From Eledone cirrhosa (lineage: Eukaryota), in contig OZ024740.1 of the NCBI GenBank assembly GCA_964016885.1, positions 136,958,001-137,022,000 on the forward strand: a stretch of 64,000 bases of DNA, given 5' to 3'. This document shows positions 49,601 through 64,000 of this stretch, piece by piece. How positions within the stretch are numbered: the first letter of the stretch is position 1; each line of letters starts with the position of its first letter. A program made the position numbers and the translations under genes. Below the pieces are notes generated by a model, which did not search any database, was not told where the DNA came from, and saw only the letters and a list, made by a program, of their open reading frames with translations.

Positions 49601-52600
49601 CCCCAATCTCCAATTCTCTCTTTCTCTTATTACTTTTCTCTCAATCTCCAATTCTCTCTTTCTCTTCTCACTTTTCTCTAAATCTCCAATTCTCTCTTTC
49701 ACTTCTTACTTTTCTCTCAATCTCCAATTCTCTCTTTCTCTTATCACTTTTCTCTCAATCTCCAATGCTCTCTTTCTATTATCACGTTTCTCTCAATCTC
49801 CAATTCTCTCTTTCTCTTATCACTTTTCTCTCAATCTCCAATTCTCTCTTTCTCTTATCACTTTTCTCTCAATCTCCAATTCTTTCTTTCTCTTATCACT
49901 TTTATCTCAATCTCCAATTCTCTCTTTCTCTTATCACTTTTCTCTCAATCTCCAATTCTCTCTTTCTCTTATCACTTTTCTCTCAATCACCAATTCTCTC
50001 TTTCCCTTCTCACATTTCTCTCAATCTCCAATTCTCTCTTTCTCTTCTCACTTTTCTCTCAATCTCCAATTCTCTCTTTCTCTTATCACTTTTCTCTCAA
50101 TCCCCATTCTCTCTCTCACTTATCACTATTCTCTCAATCTCCAATTCTCCCTTTCTCTTGTCATTTTTCTCTCAATCTCCAATTCTCTCTTTCTCTTATT
50201 AATTTTCTCTCACTCTCCAATTCTCTCTTTCTCTTATCAGTTTTCTCTCAATCTCCAATTCTCTGTTTCTCTTATCACTTTTCTCTCAATCAACAATTCT
50301 CTCTTTCTCTTATCACTTTTCCCCCAATCTCCAATTCTCTCTTTCTCTTATCACTTTTCTCTCAATCTGCAATTCTCTGTTTCTCTTATCACTTTTCCCC
50401 CAATCTACAATTCTCTCTTTCTCTTATCACTTTTCTCTCAATCTCCAATTCTCTCTTTCTCTTATCACTTTTCCCCCAATCTCCAATTCTCTCTTTCTCT
50501 TATTACTTTTCTCTCAATCTCCAATTCTCTCTTTCTCTTCTCACTTTTCTCTAAATCTCCAATTCTCTCTTTCACTTCTCACTTTTCTCTCAATCTCCAA
50601 TTCTCTCTTTCTCTTATCACTTTTCTCTCAATCTCCAATGCTCTCTTTCTATTATCACGTTTCTCTCAATCTCCATTTCTCTCTTTCTCTTATCACTTTT
50701 CTCTCAATCTCCAATTCTCTCTTTCTCTTATCACTTTTCTCTCAATCTCCAATTCTTTCTTTCTCTTATCACTTTTATCTCAATCTCCAATTCTCTCTTT
50801 CTCTTATCACTTTTCTCCCAATCTCCAATTCTTTCTTTCTCTCATCACTTTTCTCTCAATCTCTAATTCTCTCTTTCTCTTATCACTTTTCTCTCAATCT
50901 CCAATTCTCTCTTTCTCTTATCACTTTTCTCTCAATCTCCAATTCTCTCTTTCCCTTCTCACATTTCTCTCAATCTCCAATTCTCTCTTTCTCTTATCAC
51001 TTTTCTGCCAATATCCAATTCTTTCTTTCTCTTATCACTTTTCTCTCAGTCTCTAATTCTCTCTTTCTCTTATCACATTTCTCTCAATCTCCAATTCTCT
51101 CTTTCTCTTATCACTTTTCTCTCAATCTCCAATTCTCTCTTTCTCTTATCACTTTTCTCTCAATCTCCAATTCTCTCTTTTACTTATCAGTTTTCTCTCA
51201 ATCTCCAATTCTCTCTTTCTCTTATCACTTTTCCCCTAATCTCCAATTCTCTCTTTCTCTTATCACTTTTCTCTCAATCTCCAATTCTCTCTTTCTCTTA
51301 TCACTTTTCTGCCAATCTCCAATTCTTTCTTTCTCTTATCACTTTTCTCTCAGTCTCTAAATCTCTCTTTCTCTTATCACATTTCTCTCAATCTCCAATT
51401 CTCTCTTTCTCTTAGCACTTTTCCCCTAATCACCAATTCTCTCTTTCTCTTATCACTTTTCTCTCAATCTCCAATTCTCTCTTTCTCTTATCACTTTTCC
51501 CCCAATCTCCAATTCTCTCTTTCTCTTATTACTTTTCTCTCAATCTCCAATTCTCTCTTTCTCTTCTCACTTTTCTCTAAATCTCCAATTCTCTCTTTCA
51601 CTTCTCACTTTTCTCTCAATCTCCAATTCTCTCTTTCTCTTATCACTTTTCTCTCAATCTCCAATGCTCTCTTTCTATTATCACGTTTCTCTCAATCTCC
51701 AATTCTCTCTTTCTCTTATCACTTTTCTCTCAATCTCCAATTCTCTCTTTCTCTTATCACTTTTCTCTCAATCTCCAATTCTTTCTTTCTCTTATCACTT
51801 TTATCTCAATCTCCAATTCTCTCTTTCTCTTATCACTTTTCTCCCAATCTCCAATTCTTTCTTTCTAACATCACTTTACTCTGAATCTCCAATTCTCTCT
51901 TTCTCTTATCACTTTTCTCTCAATCTCCAATTCTCTCTTTCTCTTATCACTTTTCTCTCAATCTCCAATTCTCTCTTTCCCTTCTCACATTTCTCTCAAT
52001 CTCCAATTCTCTCTTTCTCTTATCACTTTTCTCTCAATCCCCATTCTCTCTCTCACTTATCACTATTCTCTCAATCTCCAATTCTCCCTTTCTCTTGTCA
52101 TTTTTCTCTCAATCTCCAATTCTCTCTTTCTCTTATCACTTTTCTCTCCATCTCCAATTCCCTCTTCCTCTTATCACTTTTCCCCCAATCTCCAATTCTC
52201 TCTTTCTCTTATCACTTTTCCCCCAATCTCCAATTCTCTCTTTCTCTTATCACTTTTACCCCAGTCTCCAATTCTCTCTTTCTCTTATCACTTTTCCCCC
52301 AATCTCCAATTCTCTCTTTCTCTTATAACTTTTCTCTCATTCTCCAATTCTCTTATCACTTTTCCCCCAATCTCCAATTCTCTCTTTCTCTTATCACTTT
52401 TACCCCAGTCTCCAATTCACTCTTTCTCTTATCACTTTTCCCCCAATCTCCAATTCTCTCTTATTCTTATCACTTTTCTCTCAAACTCCAATTCTCTCTT
52501 TCTCTTATAACTTTTCTCTCATTCTCCAATTCTCTTATCACTTTTCCACCAATCTCCTATTCTCTCTTTCTCTTATCACTTTCCTCTCAATCTCCAATTC

Positions 52601-55600
52601 TCTCTTTCTCTTATCACTTTTCTCTCAATCTCCAATTCTCTGTTTCTCTTATCACTTTTCCCCCAATCTCCAATTTTCTCTTTCTCTTATCACTTTTCTC
52701 TCATTCTCCAATCCTCTCTTTCTCTTCTCACTTTTCTCTCAATCTCCAATTCTCTATTTCTCTTATCACTTTTCTCTCAATCTCCAATTGTCTCTTTCTC
52801 TTATCACTTTTCTCTCAATCTCCAATTCTCTCTTTCTCTTATCACTTTTCTCTCAATCTCCAATTCTCTCTATCTCTTATCACTTTTTTCTCAATCTTCA
52901 ATTCTCTCTTTCTCTTATTACTTTTCCCTTAATCTCCAATTCTCTCTTTCTCTTATCACTTTTCTCTCTATCTCCAATTCTCTCTTTCTCTTATCACTTT
53001 TCTCTCAATCTCTAATTCTCTCTTTCTCTTATCACTTTTCTCTCAATCTCCAATTCTCTCTTTCTCTTATCCATTTTTTCTCAATTTCCAATTCTCTCTA
53101 TCTCTTATCACTTTTTTCTCAATCTTCAATTCTCTCTTTCTCTTATCACTTTTACCCCAATCTCCAATTCTCTCTTTCTCTTATTACTTTTCTCTCAATC
53201 TCCAATTCTCTCTTTCTCTTCTCACTTTTCTCTAAATCTCCAATTCTCTCTTTCACTTCTCACTTTTCTCTCAATCTCCAATTCTCTCTTTCTCTTATCA
53301 CTTTTCTCTCAATCTCCAATGCTCTCTTTCTATTATCACGTTTCTCTCAATCTCCAATTCTCTCTTTCTCTTATCACTTTTCTCTCAATCTCCAATTCTC
53401 TCTTTCTCTTATCACTTTTCTCTCAATCTCCAATTCTTTCTTTCTCTTATCACTTTTATCTCAATCTCCAATTCTCTCTTTCTCTTATCACTTTTCTCTC
53501 AATCTCCAATTCTCTCTTTCTCTTATCACTTTTCTCTCAATCTCCAATTCTCTCTTTCTCTTATCACTTTTCTCTCAATCAACAATTCTCTCTTTCTCTT
53601 ATCACTTTTCCCCCAATCTCCAATTCTCTCTTTCTCTTATCACTTTTCTCTCAATCTCCAATTCTCTCTTTCTCTTATCACTTTTCTCTCAATCTCCAAT
53701 GCTCTCTTTCTATTATCACGTTTCTCTCAATCTCCAATTCTCTCTTTCTCTTATCACTTTTATCTCAATCTCCAATTCTCTCTTTCTCTTATCACTTTTC
53801 TCTCAATCTCCAATTCTCTCTTTCTCTTATCACTTTTCTCTCAATCTCCAATTCTCTCTTTCTCTTATCACTTTTCTCTCAATCAACAATTCTCTCTTTC
53901 TCTTATCACTTTTCCCCCAATCTCCAATTCTCTCTTTCTCTTATCACTTTTCTCTCAATCTGCAATTCTCTGTTTCTCTTATCACTTTTCCCCCAATCTA
54001 CAATTCTCTCTTTCTCTTATCACTTTTCTCTCAATCTCCAATTCTCTCTTTCTCTTATCACTTTTCCCCCAATCTCCAATTCTCTCTTTCTCTTATTACT
54101 TTTCTCTCAATCTCCAATTCTCTCTTTCTCTTCTCACTTTTCGCTAAATCTCCAATTCTCTAATTCACTTCTCACTTTTCTCTCAATCTCCAATTCTCTC
54201 TTTCTCTTATCACTTTTCTCTCAATCTCCAATTCTTTCTTTCTCTTATCACTTTTATCTCAATCTCCAATTCTCTCTTTCTCTTATCACTTTTCTCCCAA
54301 TCTCCAAAAATTTCTTTCTCTCATCACTTTTCTCTCAATCTCCAATTCTCTCTTTCTCTTATCACTTTTCTCTCAATCTCCAATTCTCTCTTTCTCTTAT
54401 CACTTTTCTCTCAATCTCCAATTCTCTCTTTCCCTTCTCACATTTCTCTCAATCTCCAATTCCCTCTTTCTCTTCTCACTTTTCTCTCAATCTCCAATTC
54501 TCGCTTTCCCTTCTCACATTTCTCTCAATCTCCAATTCTCTCTTTCTCTTGTCACTTTTCTCTCAATCCCCATTCTCTCTCTCACTTATCACTTTTCTCT
54601 CAATCTCCAATTCTCTCTTTCTCTTATCACTTTTCTGCCAATCTCCAATTCTTTCTTTCTCTTATCACTTTTCTCTCAGTCTCTAATTCTCTCTTTCTCT
54701 TATCACATTTCTCTCAATCTCCAATTCTCTCTTTCTCTTATCACTTTTCTCTCAATCTCCAATTCTCTCTTTCTCTTATCACTTTTCTCTCAATCTCCAA
54801 TTCTCTCTTTTACTTATCAGTTTTCTCTCAATCTCCAATTCTCTCTTTCTCTTATCACTTTTCCCCTAATCTCCAATTCTCTCTTTCTCTTATCACTTTT
54901 CTCTCAATCTCCAATTCTCTCTTTCTCTTATCACTTTCCTGCCAATCTCCAATTCTTTCTTTCTCTTATCACTTTTCTCTCAGTCTCTAAATCTCTCTTT
55001 CTCTTATCACATTTCTCTCAATCTCCAATTCTCTCTTTCTCTTAGCACTTTTCCCCTAATCACCAATTCTCTCTTTCTCTTATCACATTTCTCTCAATCT
55101 CCAATTCTCTCTTTCTCTTATCACTTTTCCCCCAATCTCCAATTCTCTCTTTCTCTTATTACTTTTCTCTCAATCTCCAATTCTCTCTTTCTCTTCTCAC
55201 TTTTCTCTAAATCTCCAATTCTCTCTTTCACTTCTCACTTTTCTCTCAATCTCCAATTCTCTCTTTCTCTTATCACTTTTCTCTCAATCTCCAATGCTCT
55301 CTTTCTATTATCACGTTTCTCTCAATCTCCAATTCTCTCTTTCTCTTATCACTTTTCTCTCAATCTCCAATTCTCTCTTTCTCTTATCACTTTTCTCTCA
55401 ATCTCCAATTCTTTCTTTCTCTTATCACTTTTATCTCAATCTCCAATTCTCTCTTTCTCTTATCACTTTTCTCCCAATCTCCAATTCTTTCTTTCTCTCA
55501 TCACTTTACTCTGAATCTCCAATTCTCTCTTTCTCTTATCACTTTTCTCTCAATCTCCAATTCTCTCTTTCTCTTATCACTTTTCTCTCAATCTCCAATT

Positions 55601-58600
55601 CTCTCTTTCCCTTCTCACATTTCTCTCAATCTCCAATTCTCTCTTTCTCTTATCACTTTTCTCTCAATCCCCATTCTCTCTCTCACTTATCACTATTCTC
55701 TCAATCTCCAATTCTCCCTTTCTCTTGTCATTTTTCTCTCAATCTCCAATTCTCTCTTTCTCTTATCACTTTTCTCTCCATCTCCAATTCTCTCTTTCTC
55801 TTATCACTTTTCTCTCAATCTCCAATTCTCTCTTTCTCTTCTCACTTTTCGCCCAATCTCCAATTCTCTCTTTCTCTTATCACTTTTCTCTCAATCTCCA
55901 ATTCCCTCTTTCTCTTATCACTTTTCCCCCAATCTCCAATTCTCTCTTTCTCTTATCACTTTTCCCCCAATCTCCAATTCTCTCTTTCCTTTATCACTTT
56001 TACCCAATCTCCAATTCTCTCTTTCTCTTATCACTTTTCCCCCAATCTCCAATTCTCTCTTTCTCTTATAACTCTTCTCTCATTCTCCAATTCTCTTATC
56101 ACTTTTCCCCCAATCTCCAATTCTCTCTTTCTCTTATCACTTTTACCCCAGTCTCCAATTCTCTCTTTCTCTTATCACTTTTCCCCCAGTCTCCAATTCT
56201 CTCTTATTCTTATCACTTTTCTCTCAAACTCCAATTCTCTCTTTCTCTTATAACTTTTCTCTCATTCTCCAATTCTCTTATCACTTTTCCACCAATCTCC
56301 TATTCTCTCTTTCTCTTATCACTTTCCTCTCAATCTCCAATTCTCTCTTTCTCTTATCACTTTTCCCCCAATCTCCAATTCTCTCTTTCTCTTATCACTT
56401 TTCTCTCAATCTCCAATTCTCTGTTTCTCTTATCACTTTTCCCCCAATCTCCAATTTTCTCTTTCTCTTATCACTTTTCTCTCATTCTCCAATCCTCTCT
56501 TTCTCTTATCACTTTTCTCTCAATCTCCAATTGTCTCTTTCTCTTATCACTTTTCTCTCAATCTCCAATTCTCTCTTTCTCTTATCACTTTTCTCTCAAT
56601 CTCCAATTCTCTCTATCTCTTATCACTTTTTTCTCAATCTTCAATTCTCTCTTTCTCTTATTACTTTTCCCTCAATCTCCAATTCTCTCTTTCTCTTATC
56701 ACTTTTCTCTCTATCTCCAATTCTCTCTTTCTCTTATCACTTTTCTCTCAATCTCTAATTCTCTCTTTCTCTTATCACTTTTCTCTCAATCTCTAATTCT
56801 CTCTTTCTCTTATCCATTTTTTCTCAATTTCCAATTCTCTCTATCTCTTATCACTTTTTTCTCAATCTTCAATTCTCTCTTTCTCTTATCACTTTTACCC
56901 CAATCTCCAATTCTCTCTTTCTCTTATTACTTTTCTCTCAATCTCCAATTCTCTCTTTCTCTTCTCACTTTTCTCTAAATCTCCAATTCTCTCTTTCACT
57001 TCTCACTTTTCTCTCAATCTCCAATTCTCTCTTTCTCTTATCACTTTTCTCTCAATCTCCAATGCTCTCTTTCTATTATCACGTTTCTCTCAATCTCCAA
57101 TTCTCTCTTTCTCTTATCACTTTTCTCTCAATCTCCAATTCTCTCTTTCTCTTATCACTTTTCTCTCAATCTCCAATTCTTTCTTTCTCTTATCACTTTT
57201 ATCTCAATCTCCAATTCTCTCTTTCTCTTATCACTTTTCTCTCAATCTCCAATTCTCCCTTTCTCTTATCACTTTTCTCTCAATCTCCAATTCTCTCTTT
57301 CTCTTATCACTTTTCTCTCAATCAACAATTCTCTCTTTCTCTTATCACTTTTCCCCCAATCTCCAATTCTCTCTTTCTCTTATCACTTTTCTCTCAATCT
57401 CCAATTCTCTCTTTCTCTTATCACTTTTCTCTCAATCTCCAATGCTCTCTTTCTATTATCACGTTTCTCTCAATCTCCAATTCTCTCTTTCTCTTATCAC
57501 TTTTCTCTCAATCTCCAATTCTCTCTTTCTCTTATCACTTTTCTCTCAATCTCCAATTCTTTCTTTCTCTTATCACTTTTATCTCAATCTCCAATTCTCT
57601 CTTTCTCTTATCACTTTTCTCTCAATCTCCAATTCTCTCTTTCTCTTATCACTTTTCTCTCAATCTCCAATTCTCTCTTTCTCTTATCACTTTTCTCTCA
57701 ATCAACAATTCTCTCTTTCTCTTATCACTTTTCCCCCAATCTCCAATTCTCTCTTTCTCTTATCACTTTTCTCTCAATCTGCAATTCTCTGTTTCTCTTA
57801 TCACTTTTCCCCCAATCTACAATTCTCTCTTTCTCTTATCACTTTTCTCTCAATCTCCAATTCTCTCTTTCTCTTATCACTTTTCCCCCAATCTCCAATT
57901 CTCTCTTTCTCTTATTACTTTTCTCTCAATCTCCAATTCTCTCTTTCTCTTCTCACTTTTCTCTAAATCTCCAATTCTCTAATTCACTTCTCACTTTTCT
58001 CTCAATCTCCAATTCTCTCTTTCTCTTATCACTTTTCTCTCAATCTCCAATTCTTTCTTTCTCTTATCACTTTTATCTCAATCTCCAATTCTCTCTTTCT
58101 CTTATCACTTTTCTCCCAATCTCCAAAAATTTCTTTCTCTCATCACTTTTCTCTCAATCTCCAATTCTCTCTTTCTCTTATCACTTTTCTCTCAATCTCC
58201 AATTCTCTCTTTCTCTTATCACTTTTCTCTCAATCTCCAATTCTCTCTTTCCCTTCTCACATTTCTCTAAATCTCCAATTCCCTCTTTCTCTTCTCACTT
58301 TTCTCTCAATCTCCAATTCTCGCTTTCCCTTCTCACATTTCTCTCAATCTCCAATTCTCTCTTTCTCTTGTCACTTTTCTCTCAATCCCCATTCTCTCTC
58401 TCACTTATCACTTTTCTCTCAATCTCCAATTCTCTCTTTCTCTTATCACTTTTCTGCCAATCTCCAATTCTTTCTTTCTCTTATCACTTTTCTCTCAGTC
58501 TCTAATTCTCTCTTTCTCTTATCACATTTCTCTCAATCTCCAATTCTCTCTTTCTCTTATCACTTTTCTCTCAATCTCCAATTCTCTCTTTCTCTTATCA

Positions 58601-61600
58601 CTTTTCTCTCAATCTCCAATTCTCTCTTTTACTTATCAGTTTTCTCTCAATCTCCAATTCTCTCTTTCTCTTATCACTTTTCCCCTAATCTCCAATTCTC
58701 TCTTTCTCTTATCACTTTTCTCTCAATCTCCAATTCTCTCTTTCTCTTATCACTTTTCTGCCAATCTCCAATTCTTTCTTTCTCTTATCACTTTTCTCTC
58801 AGTCTCTAAATCTCTCTTTCTCTTATCACATTTCTCTCAATCTCCAATTCTCTCTTTCTCTTAGCACTTTTCCCCTAATCACCAATTCTCTCTTTCTCTT
58901 ATCACATTTCTCTCAATCTCCAATTCTCTCTTTCTCTTATCACTTTTCCCCCAATCTCCAATTCTCTCTTTCTCTTATTACTTTTCTCTCAATCTCCAAT
59001 TCTCTCTTTCTCTTCTCACTTTTCTCTAAATCTCCAATTCTCTCTTTCACTTCTCACTTTTCTCTCAATCTCCAATTCTCTCTTTCTCTTATCACTTTTC
59101 TCTCAATCTCCAATGCTCTCTTTCTATTATCACGTTTCTCTCAATCTCCAATTCTCTCTTTCTCTTATCACTTTTCTCTCAATCTCCAATTCTCTCTTTC
59201 TCTTATCACTTTTCTCTCAATCTCCAATTCTTTCTTTCTCTTATCACTTTTATCTCAATCTCCAATTCTCTCTTTCTCTTATCACTTTTCTCCCAATCTC
59301 CAATTCTTTCTTTCTCTCATCACTTTACTCTGAATCTCCAATTCTCTCTTTCTCTTATCACTTTTCTCTCAATCTCCAATTCTCTCTTTCTCTTATCACT
59401 TTTCTCTCAATCTCCAATTCCCTCTTTCCCTTCTCACATTTCTCTCAATCTCCAATTCTCTCTTTCTCTTATCACTTTTCTCTCAATCCCCATTCTCTCT
59501 CTCACTTATCACTATTCTCTCAATCTCCAATTCTCCCTTTCTCTTGTCATTTTTCTCTCAATCTCCAATTCTCTCTTTCTCTTATCACTTTTCTCTCCAT
59601 CTCCAATTCTCTCTTTCTCTTATCACTTTTCTCTCAATCTCCAATTCTCTCTTTCTCTTCTCACTTTTCGCCCAATCTCCAATTCTCTCTTTCTCTTATC
59701 ACTTTTCTCTCAATCTCCAATTCCCTCTTTCTCTTATCACTTTTCCCCCAATCTCCAATTCTCTCTTTCTCTTATCACTTTTACCCCAGTCTCCAATTCT
59801 CTCTTTCTCTTATCACTTTTCCCCCAATCTCCAATTCTCTCTTTCTCTTATAACTCTTCTCTCATTCTCCAATTCTCTTATCACTTTTCCCCCAATCTCC
59901 AATTCTCTCTTTCTCTTATCACTTTTACCCCAGTCTCCAATTCTCTCTTTCTCTTATCACTTTTCCCCCAATCTCCAATTCTCTCTTATTCTTATCACTT
60001 TTCTCTCAAACTCCAATTCTCTCTTTCTCTTATAACTTTTCTCTCATTCTCCAATTCTCTTATCACTTTTCCACCAATCTCCTATTCTCTCTTTCTCTTA
60101 TCACTTTCCTCTCAATCTCCAATTCTCTCTTTCTCTTATCACTTTTCCCCCAATCTCCAATTCTCTCTTTCTCTTATCACTTTTCTCTCAATCTCCAATT
60201 CTCTGTTTCTCTTATCACTTTTCCCCCAATCTCCAATTTTCTCTTTCTCTTATCACTTTTCTCTCATTCTCCAATCCTCTCTTTCTCTTATCACTTTTCT
60301 CTCAATCTCCAATTGTCTCTTTCTCTTATCACTTTTCTCTCAATCTCCAATTCTCTCTTTCTCTTATCACTTTTCTCTCAATCTCCAATTCTCTCTATCT
60401 CTTATCACTTTTTTCTCAATCTTCAATTCTCTCTTTCTCTTATTACTTTTCCCTCAATCTCCAATTCTCTCTTTCTCTTATCACTTTTCTCTCTATCTCC
60501 AATTCTCTCTTTCTCTTATCACTTTTCTCTCAATCTCTAATTCTCTCTTTCTCTTATCACTTTTCTCTCAATCTCCAATTCTCTCTTTCTCTTATCCATT
60601 TTTTCTCAATTTCCAATTCTCTCTATCTCTTATCACTTTTTTCTCAATCTTCAATTCTCTCTTTCTCTTATCACTTTTACCCCAATCTCCAATTCTCTCT
60701 TTCTCTTATTACTTTTCTCTCAATCTCCAATTCTCTCTTTCTCTTCTCACTTTTCTCTAAATCTCCAATTCTCTCTTTCACTTCTCACTTTTCTCTCAAT
60801 CTCCAATTCTCTCTTTCTCTTATCACTTTTCTCTCAATCTCCAATTCTCTCTTTCTCTTATCACTTTTCTCTCAATCCCCATTCTCTCTCTCACTTATCA
60901 CTATTCTCTCAATCTTCAATTCTCCCTTTCTCTTGTCATTTTGCTCTCAATCTCCAATTCTGTCTTTCTCTTATCACTTTTCTCTCACTCTCCAATTCTC
61001 TCTTTCTCTTATCAGTTTTCTCTCAATCTCCAATTCTCTGTTTCTCTTATCACTTTTCTCTCAATCAACAATTCTCTCTTTCTCTTATCACTTTTCCCCC
61101 AATCTCCAATTCTCTCTTTCTCTTATCACTTTTCTCTCAATCTGCAATTCTCTGTTTCTCTTATCACTTTTCCCCCAATCTACAATTCTCTCTTTCTCTT
61201 ATCACTTTTCTCTCAATCTCCAATTCTCTCTTTCTCTTATCACTTTTCCCCCAATCTCCAATTCTCTCTTTCTCTTATTACTTTTCTCTCAATCTCCAAT
61301 TCTCTCTTTCTCTTCTCACTTTTCTCTAAATCTCCAATTCTCTCTTTCACTTCTCACTTTTCTCTCAATCTCCAATTCTCTCTTTCTCTTATCACTTTTC
61401 TCTCAATCTCCAATGCTCTCTTTCTATTATCACGTTTCTCTCAATCTCCATTTCTCTCTTTCTCTTATCACTTTTCTCTCAATCTCCAATTCTCTCTTTC
61501 TCTTATCACTTTTCTCTCAATCTCCAATTCTTTCTTTCTCTTATCACTTTTATCTCAATCTCCAATTCTCTCTTTCTCTTATCACTTTTCTCCCAATCTC

Positions 61601-64000
61601 CAATTCTTTCTTTCTCTCATCACTTTTCTCTCAATCTCCAATTCTCTCTTTCTCTTATCACTTTTCTCTCAATCTCCAATTCTCTCTTTCTCTTATCACT
61701 TTTCTCTCAATCTCCAATTCTCTCTTTCCCTTCTCACATTTCTCTCAATCTCCAATTCTCTCTTTCTCTTCTCACTTTTCTCTCAATCTCCAATTCTCTC
61801 TTTCCCTTCTCACATTTCTCTCAATCTCCAATTCTCTCTTTCTCTTGTCACTTTTCTCTCAATCCCCATTCTCTCTCTCACTTATCACTTTTCTCTCAAT
61901 CTCCAATTCTCTCTTTCTCTTATCACTTTTCTGCCAATCTCCAATTCTTTCTTTCTCTTATCACTTTTCTCTCAGTCTCTAATTCTCTCTTTCTCTTATC
62001 ACATTTCTCTCAATCTCCAATTCTCTCTTTCTCTTATCACTTTTCTCTCAATCTCCAATTCTCTCTTTCTCTTATCACTTTTCTCTCAATCTCCAATTCT
62101 CTCTTTTACTTATGAGTTTTCTCTCAATCTCCAATTCTCTCTTTCTCTTATCACTTTTCCCCTAATCTCCAATTCTCTCTTTCTCTTATCACTTTTCTCT
62201 CAATCTCCAATTCTCTCTTTCTCTTATCACTTTTCTGCCAATCTCCAATTCTTTCTTTCTCTTATCACTTTTCTCTCAGTCTCTAAATCTCTCTTTCTCT
62301 TATCACATTTCTCTCAATCTCCAATTCTCTCTTTCTCTTAGCACTTTTCCCCTAATCACCAATTCTCTCTTTCTCTTATCACTTTTCTCTCAATCTCCAA
62401 TTCTCTCTTTCTCTTATCACTTTTCCCCCAATCTCCAATTCTCTCTTTCTCTTATCACTTTTCCCATAATCTCCAATTCTCTCTTTCTCTTATCACTTTT
62501 CTCTCAATCTCCAATTCTCTCTTTCTCTTATCACTTTTCTGCCAATCTCCAATTCTCTCTTTCTCTTATCACTTTTCTCTCCATCTCCAATTCTTTCTTT
62601 CTCTTATCACTTTTCTCTCAATCTCCAATTCTCTCTTTTTCTTATCACTTTTCTCTCAATCTCCAATTCTCTCTTTCTCTTATCACTTTTCTCTCAATCT
62701 CTAATTTTCTCTTTCTCTTATCACTTTTCTCTCAATCTCCAATTCTCTCTTTCTCTTATCACTTTTCTCTCAATCTCCAATTCTCTCTTTCTCTTATCAC
62801 TTTCCCCCCAATCTCCAATTCTCTCTTTCTCTTATCACTTTTCTCTCAATCTCCAATTCTCTCTTTCTCTTATCACTTTTCTCTCAATCTCAATTTCTCT
62901 CTTTCTCTTATCACTTTTCTCTCAATCTCCAATTCTCTCTTTCTCTTATCACTTTTCCCTCAATCTCCAATTCTCTCTTTCTCTTATCACTTTTCTCTCA
63001 ATCTCCAATTCTCTCTTTCTCTTATCACTTTTCTGTCAATCTCCAATTCTCTCTTTCTCTTATCACATTTCTCTCAATCTCCAATTCTCTCTTTCTCTTA
63101 TCACTTTTCTCTCAATCTCCAATTCTCTCTTTCTCTTATCACTTTTCTCTCAATCTCCAATTCTCTCTTTTACTTATGAGTTTTCTCTCAATCTCCAATT
63201 CTCTCTTTCTCTTATCACTTTTCCCCTAATCTCCAATTCTCTCTTTCTCTTATCACTTTTCTCTCAATCTCCAATTCTCTCTTTCTCTTATCACTTTTCT
63301 GCCAATCTCCAATTCTTTCTTTCTCTTATCACTTTTCTCTCAGTCTCTAAATCTCTCTTTCTCTTATCACATTTCTCTCAATCTCCAATTCTCTCTTTCT
63401 CTTAGCACTTTTCCCCTAATCACCAATTCTCTCTTTCTCTTATCACTTTTCTCTCAATCTCCAATTCTCTCTTTCTCTTATCACTTTTCCCCCAATCTCC
63501 AATTCTCTCTTTCTCTTATCACTTTTCTCTCAATCTGCAATTCTCGCTTTCTCATATCACTTTTCTCTCAATCTCCAATTCTCTCTTTCTCTTATCACTT
63601 TTCCCCTAATCTCTAATTTTCTCTTTCTCTTATCACTTTTCTCTCAATCTCCAATTCTCTCTTTCACTTATTCCTTTTCTCTCAATCTCCAATTCTCTCT
63701 TTCTCTTATCCATTTTCTCTCAATCTGCAATTCTCTCTTTCTTTTCTCACTTTTCCCCCAATATCCAATTCTCTCTTTCTCTTCACACTTTTCCCCCAAT
63801 CTCCAATTCTCTCTTTCTCTTATCACTTTTCTCTCAATCTCCAATTCTCTCTTTCTCTTATCACTTTTCTCTCACTCTCCAATTCTCTCTTTCTCTTATC
63901 AGTTTTCTCTCAATCTCCAATTCTCTGTTTCTCTTATCACTTTTCTCTCAATCAACAATTCTCTCTTTCTCTTATCACTTTTCCCCCAATCTCCAATTCT
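40700..64000. repeat. Satellite array, 38-bp monomer TCTCCAATTCTCTCTTTCTCTTATCACTTTTC(CCC/TCT)CAA, more than 23 kb, open at the window end
   Basis: Seen directly; the 38-aa periodicity of the spurious ORFs equals 3 x 38 bp; occasional 30-bp deletion monomers. Confidence 0.98.

Noticed and set aside
40649-62341. Very long S/L/F/P-rich ORFs (up to 1411 aa)
   Set aside because: The consensus 38-bp monomer has no stop in any + frame; overlapping ORFs in all three frames give the same peptide
40700-64000. CRISPR-like repeat length
   Set aside because: No unique spacers, no cas genes, eukaryotic context

Overview
AT-rich, microsatellite-dense animal genomic DNA with no recognisable host gene. The SINE, LINE and microsatellite spectrum looks like an octopus/cephalopod genome (inference). 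Positions 1-40.6 kb are a mosaic of retroelements. These include a decayed RTE LINE, a Penelope-like element (PLE) with an open RT + GIY-YIG ORF, an L1/Tx1 LINE in three pieces, R4/Dong-like and CRE-like RLE fragments, many tRNA-derived SINEs and a hAT-type MITE. From about 40.7 kb to the window end there is a 38-bp pyrimidine-rich satellite with two higher-order repeat periods. The main hidden signal is about 14 type I hammerhead ribozyme (HHR) motifs read by eye on both strands, several with a U3-A8 core instead of C3-G8. They include a ~316-319 nt tandem retrozyme-like unit with covarying stems and HHRs of both polarities in the PLE 3' UTR. All folds were made by eye, and most repeat boundaries are approximate.
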